Assembly (NCBI GenBank): GCA_040285745.1
Contig: JAUFOR010000003.1
Coordinates: forward strand, 930,001-994,000
DNA: 64,000 bases
Source of the DNA: Barthelona sp. PCE
Lineage: Eukaryota
Direction of reading: 5' to 3'
The first letter of the stretch is position 1; each line of letters starts with the position of its first letter. The position numbers and the translations under genes were made by a program. This document shows, piece by piece, positions 31,434-42,400 of this stretch. Under the pieces are notes generated by a model. That model was given only the letters and a program-made list of their open reading frames with translations. It was not told the DNA's origin and did no database searches.

Positions 31434-32411
31434 TCAGTTCTTGTTCACACCCTTGGCTCTCTGCTTCTTGTTCCTATTGGGGCCAGGGTTGTAACGCCTC
31501 TCTTCCTTGGGATTCGTCAATAACTCCTTTGACAATAAACTGGTCTCTATCGCCACGGTCGCGCATCTACCCGTCTTATCCTTAGGTAGGTTCATAAAAC
31601 CGCCTAGGCTGGTGAACAGCCTCTCAAAAAGCACCTCATTGTCTCCGACTAACGCTGCCAAGCGCTTCGTGAGCTTGAACATCGATAACTTACCCAGCAT
31701 GAAGATGGTAGCCACCGAACTAGGGGGATTTACCACCATGTCAGAGTTGAAGATTCCCTGAAGGGTCTCGATCTCAGTTGGCATACCTTTTACCTTCTTA
31801 TCAGTAAAGTAATTGATCAGTTCGTCGTATCCTGCCTCACCTGTCACACAGCCGAAGGTTTTGTTGAGATGCTCTAATTCAGCATAGGGATAGTCATTGT
31901 CTCTTTCAGGTATCTTGATCATAATGTTGCCCATTTGTCCCTGAACTGACATATAACTCTTGTCCTGCTCCTTCAAGAAGTCGCCGATCTGGTAAGCCAT
32001 GTTTTCATCCGCTTCAGAATAAACAAACGCACCTTGTGCTGCTCTATGCCTATGGATTCGAACGATCAACTCAACAGCAACCTGACGTAACTCCTCAGAT
32101 TTTGAATCTTCCTCAAAAACCATCTTATTCCTATAGTGTTCGGCCAACTTCGTTGAAGACATCTCCCTAACCGCTTCAGTGATATCTTCCGCACTAAGAA
32201 AGTTGGCTAATGTCATGCGCATTATTGCGCTCACTGCATAACAACGTTCCGCGTTCGTGACTATCGCGTCACTACCATACTTGAGCAGACGTTGATCCAG
32301 CACTCCATCTTCTGGCAAAACTACCGGGTAAGTAATGAATCTCTTTGGGGTTTCGCCTGAAATGTCTAACACAAACATATTCTTGTCGTAATTGCCAGTA
32401 ACTTCCTCCAT
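31434..32411 (-). CDS. retrotransposon ORF1 (gag-like)
   Basis: 325 aa, starts 10 bp after repeat A1 and has a basic C-terminus. The gag call rests on position only. Confidence 0.75.
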   Translation of the reverse strand: MEEVTGNYDKNMFVLDISGETPKRFITYPVVLPEDGVLDQRLLKYGSDAIVTNAERCYAVSAIMRMTLANFLSAEDITEAVREMSSTKLAEHYRNKMVFEEDSKSEELRQVAVELIVRIHRHRAAQGAFVYSEADENMAYQIGDFLKEQDKSYMSVQGQMGNIMIKIPERDNDYPYAELEHLNKTFGCVTGEAGYDELINYFTDKKVKGMPTEIETLQGIFNSDMVVNPPSSVATIFMLGKLSMFKLTKRLAALVGDNEVLFERLFTSLGGFMNLPKDKTGRCATVAIETSLLSKELLTNPKEERRYNPGPNRNKKQRAKGVNKN

Positions 32412-32420
32412 TGTACTCTC

Positions 32421-32524
32421 AGAAAATAGGAAACCTTGATATAAGTGAACTAAGCAAATTCAACCCTGCTTCGTGTTCCATTCTCTAATTGTTCATCAAT
32501 CTGGGATCTTGAGGATCGGTTGCA
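32421..32524 (-). repeat. split direct repeat A1 (104 bp), element 5' end
   Basis: Identical to 26582-26685. Confidence 0.95.
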
Positions 32525-32714
32525 CTAATTAGTAATTTTTAATCGATTGTGGGTCTTTATCGTTTGATTACAACACTATTTTCAACATACTTAACCCTTA
32601 ATTACGTGAGATGGACGAGAAAACCAACCGTAATTGTGAATAACCAATTTGATACTTGACACTTTCGTTGCAATATTTCCGTCAAACGACCAAAATACTA
32701 AAAGTGGATGTTTG

Positions 32715-32796
32715 CTCCGGATAGCTCAGTAGGAAGAGCGCGGGACTGTAAAGTTTGGTAATCCTGAGGTCGCTAGTTCAATTCTGGCTCCGGAGA
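32715..32796 (+). tRNA. tRNA-Tyr(GTA) with 9-nt intron (32752-32760)
   Basis: Acceptor stem CTCCGGA/TCCGGAG (C1:G72, A73), D arm GCTC/GAGC, anticodon stem CGGGA/TCCTG with CT-GTA-A, T arm GCTAG-TTCAATT-CTGGC, and a T5 terminator at 32801. Confidence 0.95.
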
Positions 32797-33055
32797 TAAA
32801 TTTTTGCACCAACGGCATCTTGTGAAGCTTTTTAGTCCATAAAACGTGTATAAAATTGTGTGTTTGCGTGTATGTAAGGCTGGAGCCCATGACAGTGGAG
32901 CTTTTTGGGCACTTCTTTTTTATCTCGTCTACACTGAAGTGTGGATTGCCAGTGAGGCAGTTGGTTGCTTGGATGCCCCCCGGCTGTATTCTGGGAGGGA
33001 AAAGAGAAACCAGTTCTCTTTTTATACTATTATTTTTTTATGTTTATTTAAACTA

Positions 33056-33390
33056 TTGTGGGTGTAAGTACTCTGTGCTTGCATCCACAATAGGCTCATC
33101 TTCCTCGAATCCCACTCTGAAGCTCAATCTTCTTCTTTTGAGTGCTCATATTCTAGGAGGAACAAAGCAAGAATCATATTCCTGCTTTTCAAAATCCCTG
33201 TTCAGCAAAAGTAAAGGGAGATCTTGTACCTCGTCAGATACTTAAACACACACAATGTTCCGCAGTGCGGTGCAAAATCAACATCAGAATGTGCTTCTGA
33301 AATGAACGCTTCTAATCCACATTCTTGTACTGCAATTGGTGCTAAAGCGTACAACGGCAAGAAGGTAGCTGATACATCATTATGCATGCT
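33056..33390 (-). pseudogene. possible degraded gene fragment
   Basis: Coding-like text (VSDEVQDLPLLLLNRDFEKQEYD...RI*ALKRRRLSFRVGFEEDEPIV) broken by a stop and a frameshift; part of it is repeated at 35861. Confidence 0.35.
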
Positions 33391-33713
33391 ATAGAAGTTT
33401 GAAAGAAACCCAAATCATCTGCAAAACCCTCAAATATATTATCCGCCAGCAACACCCACAACACAGCAAAAACGTGCCCCACAACCAAACCAATGCCCGC
33501 ACGCGTCCACCATCTTACTTGTCACGCGCTACAAGCCCTGCGAACCACATCAATGAAATTGTGAGGGGATAGAAATGCAAATGTAGTTCTGTTTCACATT
33601 TGCGCTTTCTGTTTTCGCTTCGCGCGTATTATATCATCTGTATATGCCACGTGCAAGCACTAATTTTTAGAAATACATTCTTTATCACTGTTCACCTACT
33701 TCATTACAGCTAT

Positions 33714-35816
33714 ATGCTCGAGGACGACCTTACCATTAATACTTATCCCGAGGGGAAGCTGATATTTGAGGAAGATGGCCTAATATTGCTTAAGTCAAGA
33801 GAAAACAAAGATATCAGCCTCATTGAAAGCGCCATTGAAGGCAAGGACTTTGTTGGGTATGTGGAGGATACGCGTGAGCCTCTCAAGTACACATCCAAAT
33901 TGAAAGCTGGAGAATCGTACATGATCATCGAACAGCTTCGTGATGACAGTAAGATGTTAACTCATCTTGATATTTTATTGTTTAACGATATCATGAGCGA
34001 TGAACATACAAGCAGGAGAATACCATTTCAGTTTCCGATGATTAAAAATCTATCAAGCAGAATAATTCCGATGGATGAAAACCACCTATTATTCGCCATT
34101 AGGGGAACCGTTGATAATAGAAGAGTGATACAATCCTACATATTAAATGTGCTAACCGAAGAATATAGATGTCTTGGAGAATATTACTCAATTTCGGTGA
34201 GAACTCCAAACTACATTTTGTTGAGGAATTACCAAGATGATTCCCTATGGCATTACAATTTTTCTGTTGATGACATGGACGAAGCACATGAACCTGATAT
34301 TGAGCAGTTGCATGGTGTTCATTTAGAACACTACAGGTGTTTAAACTCGGATTGCATATTCTCAGTCAGGTTTCGCTATCAAGAAATTGATGAACTAATA
34401 ATATTTGACTGTCAGAGGAACCAAGTTAACTTGACAGAAAGGTTTCCACAGCTTAAAGGATTGAATATTAAGAAAAACTCAAAAATTGCATTATTAACGC
34501 TCACTCAAGATGTTTTGTCAATGCTACTTATTGGTTCAAGATGTGTGGTGGTTCATATCGAAAACCGTGAATTGAAGATGTCAGAGGGTAAACTGAATTT
34601 TAAGAATGTACTCTGCGATGGCTGGAAGCATATAGACTTGAATGATAATACCTTTCATGATGAAGATTGTGTTTTTTATGGCGTTGATGAAATAACAAAA
34701 CGTTATGGCCCAATCAAATTCAGGGCAGTTGATAATGAGGTGATGCGTTTGAAAAGTCTTCAGCCATCTAACATCTTTTTTGATGGAATAGCGGAAGTGT
34801 ATGATGACTCTTTGATAAGATGTTACTTTTTTTTTAAAGAAAGGAAGCTTATTGTGCTGCGTGGGCGTAGGAAACTGCATTCACGTATGTGGTGCCATAT
34901 CTTTTCAGTTCAACCAAATGAAGCAGGTGATTTTTTTGTAATGGCAAAGGAGCATAGTGAAAAAGATGAGTTTTGTGTCAAAATTCACTTGAATGAATCA
35001 AAATCCAAGCCTGTAATAACCATTTTACCTCATCATGGTTCAGAAAACTGTGGTTTTATTCTAGGGTTGCCATTAAATGTTGACTATCGTGACAATGACA
35101 CAGGCTTGGTGTATTTGGGAGATAAGATGATTTTAGAGCTTCCCAAGAATATTTACGTTCGAAGTGTTCATGGTTCACATTTTGATAATTCAGCGTGCAT
35201 TGTATGTAGTGAAGCAATCCATTTTTTTCAGCTTAATGTCAACGGGTATGACGTGGAGATTCAAAAGCACATTGTTTTTGAACCTGGATATACAGGTGAT
35301 GTTCACTTTAACCCTCGTCCATTGGCTGAAACACCTGATCATCAGCTGTTTGTTGTATATACACGCAGTAGGGCTGCAACAACGCAACATTTACATTGTC
35401 TTGATTGGTCAACAGGAAGCTTCTTAGAGCCTGTTCACCTTTATCAGAAGAATATGAATGAAGAAATTGAGGAAGGTAATCGTTTCCTTAATTTCGTGGG
35501 AGATTCATACATACACGTGAGGGGTGGTATCATTAAAGTATACGTTGAAGATGGTGCAATTGAAACACATTTTTACACAAACGACAATTTACAATGTTCT
35601 TCTAACATGAAAATAAGCAACGATCCAAATCTACCCAATAACACTGTTCAAGACATGTCATACGAAGTGGAGACCAAAACAATGGTGCTGAAAACATATA
35701 ACATTGAGGAAGACCCAGAATCGATCAATCCCACTGTGGAAACGTTCCATCTTCCATCGTTCCTGGCCGAAGCATCCATCTTTGAGTACTACATGCCAGA
35801 TTATCATAATCAATAG
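33714..35816 (+). CDS. hypothetical beta-rich protein (lineage-expanded family)
   Basis: 700 aa from MLEDDL, with C-terminal FHLPSFLAEASI. Confidence 0.75.
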   Translation: MLEDDLTINTYPEGKLIFEEDGLILLKSRENKDISLIESAIEGKDFVGYVEDTREPLKYTSKLKAGESYMIIEQLRDDSKMLTHLDILLFNDIMSDEHTSRRIPFQFPMIKNLSSRIIPMDENHLLFAIRGTVDNRRVIQSYILNVLTEEYRCLGEYYSISVRTPNYILLRNYQDDSLWHYNFSVDDMDEAHEPDIEQLHGVHLEHYRCLNSDCIFSVRFRYQEIDELIIFDCQRNQVNLTERFPQLKGLNIKKNSKIALLTLTQDVLSMLLIGSRCVVVHIENRELKMSEGKLNFKNVLCDGWKHIDLNDNTFHDEDCVFYGVDEITKRYGPIKFRAVDNEVMRLKSLQPSNIFFDGIAEVYDDSLIRCYFFFKERKLIVLRGRRKLHSRMWCHIFSVQPNEAGDFFVMAKEHSEKDEFCVKIHLNESKSKPVITILPHHGSENCGFILGLPLNVDYRDNDTGLVYLGDKMILELPKNIYVRSVHGSHFDNSACIVCSEAIHFFQLNVNGYDVEIQKHIVFEPGYTGDVHFNPRPLAETPDHQLFVVYTRSRAATTQHLHCLDWSTGSFLEPVHLYQKNMNEEIEEGNRFLNFVGDSYIHVRGGIIKVYVEDGAIETHFYTNDNLQCSSNMKISNDPNLPNNTVQDMSYEVETKTMVLKTYNIEEDPESINPTVETFHLPSFLAEASIFEYYMPDYHNQ

Positions 35817-37475
35817 AATCCATAACTGATAATAAAAAGAGCACATGAAGACTTGTACCTACAATAGGCTCATCTTCCTCGAAGCCCACACAACTATATT
35901 TATTTGCGAAGAACAACTGGACAATCTATTATTTAGCAAAAGGGGAAGTTTCATTTAACTCCTCTTATCGTCAAATTGATGTGGAATTATTGTGACGATT
36001 CTTCCTCGAGTTCCCTGCGAGTATTCACTCCGAATAAGACTCTTGTCGTAGTCTCTTATGCCTTGTGAAGATTTTTGTGATACTGTACAATATTAACAGA
36101 GAATACTTATAGTAGTAGTATTCAGTACTCAAATGTAGGGTTTGCTTCGTTCACATCCTTATCCCTCACCCTTTCAGTCGCTTCGAAAAATAAGCAGCGG
36201 ATATTCTTTTATTCGTTTTTTAGCGCAATCTCCCAGATAGTTAAAATGCATAACAACGAGAACGCCTAAGCACTAATAGTTGGGCGCGCAGATATTGTAA
36301 ATGTAGGCACAGTTGCGTAACGCACATATTTCAAGGCAGGTTGATGTTTTCAATTCTTTCCTCTGTTACATGATGACTCTTTGTAGCTATTAGCGTAATA
36401 TGTACCGATAAACACGTCTGCATTGCTGAATTGTTTGAAGTAGTTGTGAATTGTTTGCTTCCAGGTCACATCTCATTAGATGAGATGTTTCGTGGCCGGA
36501 AAAATGATCGAGGCAGCATATTATACCGTGTTTCACTGCGGCGGTGTGTGCAAAATGTGGAGAAGGGGAGATATTTGGTTCTCTTTAATGCAACGTGATA
36601 TCGATATTACATATGGTTTTCAGCGACGGAATGCGTCTAGTAAGCCGTTTTTTGACCATAAAAATCAGAATGTTCGAAATTGAGGAGGAATCTGAAAAAT
36701 TGGAGTTCTTTTCTACAATTTAAGAGGGTTATAAGCATCTAGGATACTTTACCAATTCTGTTCTCTCCTACCGAAATGTTTCTTTCATCCATGCCAACTG
36801 CAATGTTGGAATCCTCTTTTTAATATACTTTTTTTATCACATCAAACTTTTTTGATACAGTGGGTATGTTTAAACCGCAAAAGTACTTATGTTAAGACCC
36901 ATAAAGAAGTGTTTTAGAGGTTGGTCCACAAGGTGTGTTTTTTTGTGTTGAATGATGGAAGCATGTGGTTGACGGAACTCATGGCAGAGTGAATCTGTGA
37001 CTCATGAATGTGCTGTCCGAATTACGTCCTTTATCGTACATTCCGGATTTCTCTTTTTTACTATTTTTTATGGGGTGGGAACTCAATTACCCGACCTCGA
37101 GCTTAGGAACTTATTCACGCCATCCAACTAGATATCTGTCAGTAAACATGCATGTATCCGAGAGAACTCAGCCCCTGTGAAGTCATGAGTTTAGAGTTAC
37201 CTGTTGAACTTTTTTCGATGAACTGTGGCTTCTTCGCGGCGTCTTATGTCCTCAGGATCTGATTTCATTATTGGTTTGAGATATTTCGGCTTTTCCCACC
37301 ATTTGGAAATGAAAATATTGTAAAACGACTTGGGATGAAGGGAGGTAATTAGGTTTTTCTTGTTCTATTTCTTGTTGTGTTGTGGGTTTATGAACATGTT
37401 TATAAGGGTCTGTCTATGTATGTGATTGTGCTTGATGATGTATATTGTATAATAATTTTTTCTTATATCTTGATC

Positions 37476-39389
37476 ATGCCACGGCATATTGAGCCCAGAT
37501 ACGTTTCACAGAAGACTGTCATGCACAGTGATGGTTCGTATGTTGTTTTAAAGAGCATACCTTCATATTGTTCACTCTCACATGGTTCTGTGAGTATTAT
37601 AACTAAGATGGACCCAACAAAGGTAAGGTACACAGATGCTGTTATTCGCAAATCACCAACTAATGAGGGATATTTTATTGCAGGCAGGAATGACGAAGAT
37701 TTTTTTCAATTCGAGCAATCTGTTTTTTTTGAGGATGCTCAAATGCAGTGTACTGGTGTAAGACAGCGTATTAATGAGTCAATTGGCGCAAGAACAGCAA
37801 TTGTGGTATCAGACGACATTGTGATAGATGGATTTCCCTTTGTTAGGATTATTGACAAGAGTAATTGCAGCGTGCGTGAGATGAGTGACATTCGAATCAT
37901 CAGCACACACTTGATCAACGGCAGATACCTTGTTGTTAGGAATGAACATGAAGCGCTTTGGATGGGAGTTGCATTGGTGAATGGACAGGTTAATTTGGAA
38001 TTCACACAGTTCGACGTTCCACTCGAAATCAACTCATATGACGATCTCGGAGTTTGCATTAACACCGGGCACCTTATGTTTATTGAAGGTGGGAGATTGG
38101 TTATCTTTAGCGATGTGGACTTTATAGACTTGATTGAGATGTTTCCACCACTGGCTAAGTTTGGATATTTTCAGTCAATGGTACTGCTTGATCTGTCCAC
38201 CGAGATGGTGCGGTTCTACTGTGGTTCTGTAGGTGTTGTAGTGGAGGCAACGAAAGAAAGTGTTGCGCTGAAGCAAGTAGCATGCGGTGGGGCTTACGAT
38301 ATGCACTTTCCGCTCACGCCTGTACGCCTTTGCCATGAATTTTGGTTCAGTTCCGAAATTACTACAGCCTATTCAGTTATGGACGAGTTGACTTACGTTC
38401 ACCATTTTCTCCCTTTTAAGGATGTTTTATTCTCTGCTGATGGCATGAGTGCATGCAATAGTGTCCCGTACAGGCATGCTATGTATTACGGTGATCACTT
38501 GTATGTCTTATACATTGATTTTTTTGAAGAAGAAATATTCGTCGCTTGTGATTTCAGAGGAGTAAGCGCCGTAAAACCACGTTTCAACGACCTCGATACA
38601 CTGTTCAACACAGTGCATCGTGGAGAACCGAGCTATGAGATTAATCTGGAGAGTTGCCAGGTGATTCTTCATGAATTAATGTTGAATGATGTTTACGATG
38701 GAAAGAAGCTTCACTCCACGTCTGATGATTGTCTAAGGATCTTTGTGGATGACAGAGAGATCTTGTCTTCTGTGATGACGTTATCATTCGCATACTTTTA
38801 TGACGAGAATACCGTCATTTGTGGTATAGTAGTTTACGGTAGCAGATTTTTTCTGTATGCCATCGATATTAACACTTGTGAGGAACTAGTAGTTCATGAG
38901 GTAAATTTTCCTTCATTTGAGGCTCTTGAAATACAAAAGCTTTCAAACAGCAGAAAACTGTTGTGTGTTTGTGTTTATTGCGATGATGAGGCTGACTATT
39001 TGGTGAAATACAACCAAGATTCGAGGGAATTCCAGATGTTTGCACTGGAATTGGATCTACCATACAAGAATATGCATTTTATTGGCGATGAGTATTTAAT
39101 TGGGAACAACCGAAGGTTGTATAGAATATTGTATGATGAATCTAGCATTGTAGGTGTTGTTCAAGAGAGCAATTGCGAAGTGTTCGCTCCGTCAATACTT
39201 CTTGATGATGGAACCATTAGATGTGCTCATTTCGATTATAAAGACATTCATTATTATGAATATAGGAGGGAGAATGATGTTATGGTGCAGAGTGAGGTGA
39301 AAAAGATTAGCATGGTAGAATTTTTGCAGGCTGCCAAAATTATTACCCTGGATGATCCGGATTTTGAAGATGGGATTCGAAAATTATGA
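37476..39389 (+). CDS. hypothetical beta-rich protein (lineage-expanded family)
   Basis: 637 aa from MPRHIEP, with C-terminal ISMVEFLQAAKI. Confidence 0.75.
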   Translation: MPRHIEPRYVSQKTVMHSDGSYVVLKSIPSYCSLSHGSVSIITKMDPTKVRYTDAVIRKSPTNEGYFIAGRNDEDFFQFEQSVFFEDAQMQCTGVRQRINESIGARTAIVVSDDIVIDGFPFVRIIDKSNCSVREMSDIRIISTHLINGRYLVVRNEHEALWMGVALVNGQVNLEFTQFDVPLEINSYDDLGVCINTGHLMFIEGGRLVIFSDVDFIDLIEMFPPLAKFGYFQSMVLLDLSTEMVRFYCGSVGVVVEATKESVALKQVACGGAYDMHFPLTPVRLCHEFWFSSEITTAYSVMDELTYVHHFLPFKDVLFSADGMSACNSVPYRHAMYYGDHLYVLYIDFFEEEIFVACDFRGVSAVKPRFNDLDTLFNTVHRGEPSYEINLESCQVILHELMLNDVYDGKKLHSTSDDCLRIFVDDREILSSVMTLSFAYFYDENTVICGIVVYGSRFFLYAIDINTCEELVVHEVNFPSFEALEIQKLSNSRKLLCVCVYCDDEADYLVKYNQDSREFQMFALELDLPYKNMHFIGDEYLIGNNRRLYRILYDESSIVGVVQESNCEVFAPSILLDDGTIRCAHFDYKDIHYYEYRRENDVMVQSEVKKISMVEFLQAAKIITLDDPDFEDGIRKL

Positions 39390-39422
39390 AACATCATTGT
39401 GATATACTATTTACAGGATGGA

Positions 39423-42400
39423 CTAGTTAAAATAGTTGTTTAACAGAGCAGAACTTGACTTATCAAGCTGTTTTTTGGACTTTAAACTTTGATAAACAAC
39501 CAAACATGTTGGTACAGCGCATGACAAACAATAAATCAGTGCCAAACTTGAATACAACATTAAAACACTGCTTATAATAATCATGACAATTGTAACACGC
39601 AGCATAAATGCATTGATGAGCTTGAACGGTGATCTAAGGATAATGTAAATCAAGATTGCAAGAAGACATATTTGGTTAGGGAAGAAGCTGTGACTGATAT
39701 AAGAAATGAAACCGAAAATCGTTCTTCCTAGAAGAACAAAAAAGAAGAAAACACGTTCCACTCCATCGCTTTTCTTTGCTAATCTGTAGAAAAGGTTGAA
39801 AAAAGCAATACACAAGGCAAAAACTAAAATTGAAAATGGGTTATATTCTGATTCGTAGTCAGCAAGGGTGTGATAATATCTATGGTTTGAGATGCCATAC
39901 ACATCAAAACTTGATATCGGAATAGTTTGTAAAAGAACGAGTCTTGCAATGTAAGGAAGGAAAAAATAGTTCGCGGACAATATCTTTTCCGAATGAGGAG
40001 CATTTATGAATGTAAAATGATAAAAGAAGGGCGTTATTACACACAAGACGAAAATTTCAATGAATTTGCGAAGAAAAATAAATGCATACACATAATACAT
40101 GATTGATATCACAAAAATTAATGATATTTTGGGTTTCTTACGTAAAATCACGAATAAAGTATATCCTGCCAGCATAAAAACGTGTGCGATGTTTGTTTTC
40201 TGGTAAAACATGAACGTATGAGTGAACAAAACAATTGAGGCCATACTAGTTTTGAACGAAATGCCATTAAACAATGCGAAGGAGAAAACTAAATACAGTA
40301 GCGGAAAGATCGGTCGTAAGAATCCAAACAGCGTTGAAATGTTCCCAAGCGGGTTAAGAAAGAGAAAAGCAAACGAATAAAATCCTCCATTTAAAATGTG
40401 TAAATCCTGCTTTGTTGATGAGAAAACAATGGGCCAAAGTATGATTAGGTAGTCTTTGGCGATATCCAGTACCTTGAATACATCATAGTCGGTTGTCAGC
40501 TCACTCACGTTGAAAATAACTGTCCAAGGTAGCTTACCAAGCACGTAATAGAACTTGAAAGCGAGCCAAAAAAGTGTTATGTGCATAAAAAACACAGTAA
40601 AGGACATCCACTGTATGTCGCGTCTGATGGTAATACACCCTTGGGTAAAAATATTGTAAAACCCTATAAATGGCACGCCCTTGGCTTCACCATACTGAAC
40701 ACAGTGGGTACATCCAATGCCTGTGTGCCCAAACGCACATCCGTTGTTGTCGTTGATTGATATATTGTTGTACTTGTACAAGTCTCGCTCCAACTGCGAC
40801 AGTCTTTCATATGACTTGCCACTGATGCCTGCAACGGTCTGGAATCCGGTACAAAACGAGCTGTAGCAATCTATGAGGTACGTTGAGCTATCCTCAACGA
40901 CAAAGAATCCCGGTTGTGTGGCGTAGACGAATCCAGATATAGCGTACTTCTGTACTAATGTCAGACTATCATGTGCACTATCCCACTCGCACTTTGGCTC
41001 ATTTTCAAGCACAAATTGATGAAATCCTGCACTGCACGGTTGACATGTCCCTGTTGCTTCATTGAAACCAAAACCGGCTCTACACGCCGTTGGAGACGCG
41101 TTTCCCACATGCACAAGATTTCCGCGCTGCGTGTATGATATGACAACGAAGTCTTGCGAGATTTTCTTCCACTGCTGAATTGGAAGCTCTATGGAATCAT
41201 ATACTGAGAACACTTCAAATGAAAATGGTAACAATGTGACAACTATAGTGTCGGATCCGCCACGGTGGTTTGCGTTGATACCAACAATGAAGGATATTGA
41301 GGAGTTTCGGAGAGTGTTGACACCAAGTCGACGAGCGTAACCTATCGATTGGCTGTTTTCATCACCCGTGTTAATGAAACTCCTTGTGAAAATGACGTTA
41401 CTGTAATCCAATTTGAACATTGAGACGTACATTAAAAAACGAATTGGTTCTCCTTTACCCGGCATGTTTAAAAGAAAACAATCGCTATAGTCAATATGCA
41501 GCAAGTGTTTTGAACCTTGGATGAGGAATACTGCGCTATGCTAATGTTTGCAAGTATATCTGAAATCCTTACGTTCATTTCACAGGACTGAGCAAACAAA
41601 AAGCCTATACTTTCATCTGGGACTCTCAAATGAGAGTTTATGAGCGAAAAATAAGAAAAACTACCCATCACAGTGCAGAACACTTTATATTGTGAGTTTT
41701 CTACTGAAATATTGGCAAAGGTGATTGCTCCATCACTTCCAGAGCTTTTAATATCAACTACACTGCTGAATAATGTGTCTACAATGGAAATATCGTTAAA
41801 AGAAATTGTTCTGGTATTGGAAAAACTTCCCACGCAAAAATTTGAAAACTCACATCCTGAAACAAATATGCTGGTGAATTTCATTGTGTAAACGCTGGGC
41901 ATTGAACTGAAAACATATTTACCTGAGCAATTTGATATGAAAATATCAGAAATAATAGAAACACCCATTTTACCATTAAATGAAATGAGCTGAGCGTCAT
42001 AACAGGCATGAAATGTTACGTTTGTTAGTGTGGCACCACCTTCATAGTTCATTAAACTTTCTGAAAGTGAAGTGGTATTTCGAAAAATGGAGTCTTTCAA
42101 TATGCTTACACGAACCTCGCTTTTGAACAACACACCATCGAATAAGCACCCATCAATATACGCGAATTTAGAAGTGGCGAGCAGAAAGTGTGAATTCACA
42201 ACTGAACTATTTGTGAGTGTGACTGTTTCAAATGCAAGCGTTTGTGCGGTGAGAACATCATGAATGTGAACGTTTGCAACTTTAAGATTCAATATGCTGT
42301 TTGTGAAACAGGTGAATGTTGGAAGGTAGTGAAGAAATGTAGTGTTTGTCAAAAAAACATTCGAAATATAGCAACCGGGTAAGTTTATGAAGGAATTGGG

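Larger units (their letters stand above)
26411..32524 (-). mobile_element. tyrosine-recombinase retrotransposon (DIRS order, PAT/Ngaro-type split direct repeats), apparently complete, 6114 bp
   Basis: Layout is A1-gag-pol/YR-B1-A2-spacer-B2. The element interrupts repeat unit 3 with no target-site duplication. Confidence 0.95.

Noticed and set aside
32715-32796. Adjacent tRNA-Tyr as suppressor of the gag stop
   Set aside because: Tyr tRNAs misread UAG and UAA, not UGA.
22978-32796. CRISPR array or prophage
   Set aside because: There is no short repeat-spacer periodicity and there are no cas or phage genes; the context is eukaryotic.
35900-37370. Unusually long intergenic region
   Set aside because: Only stop-ridden fragments are present; I could not support an RNA gene or a repeat.
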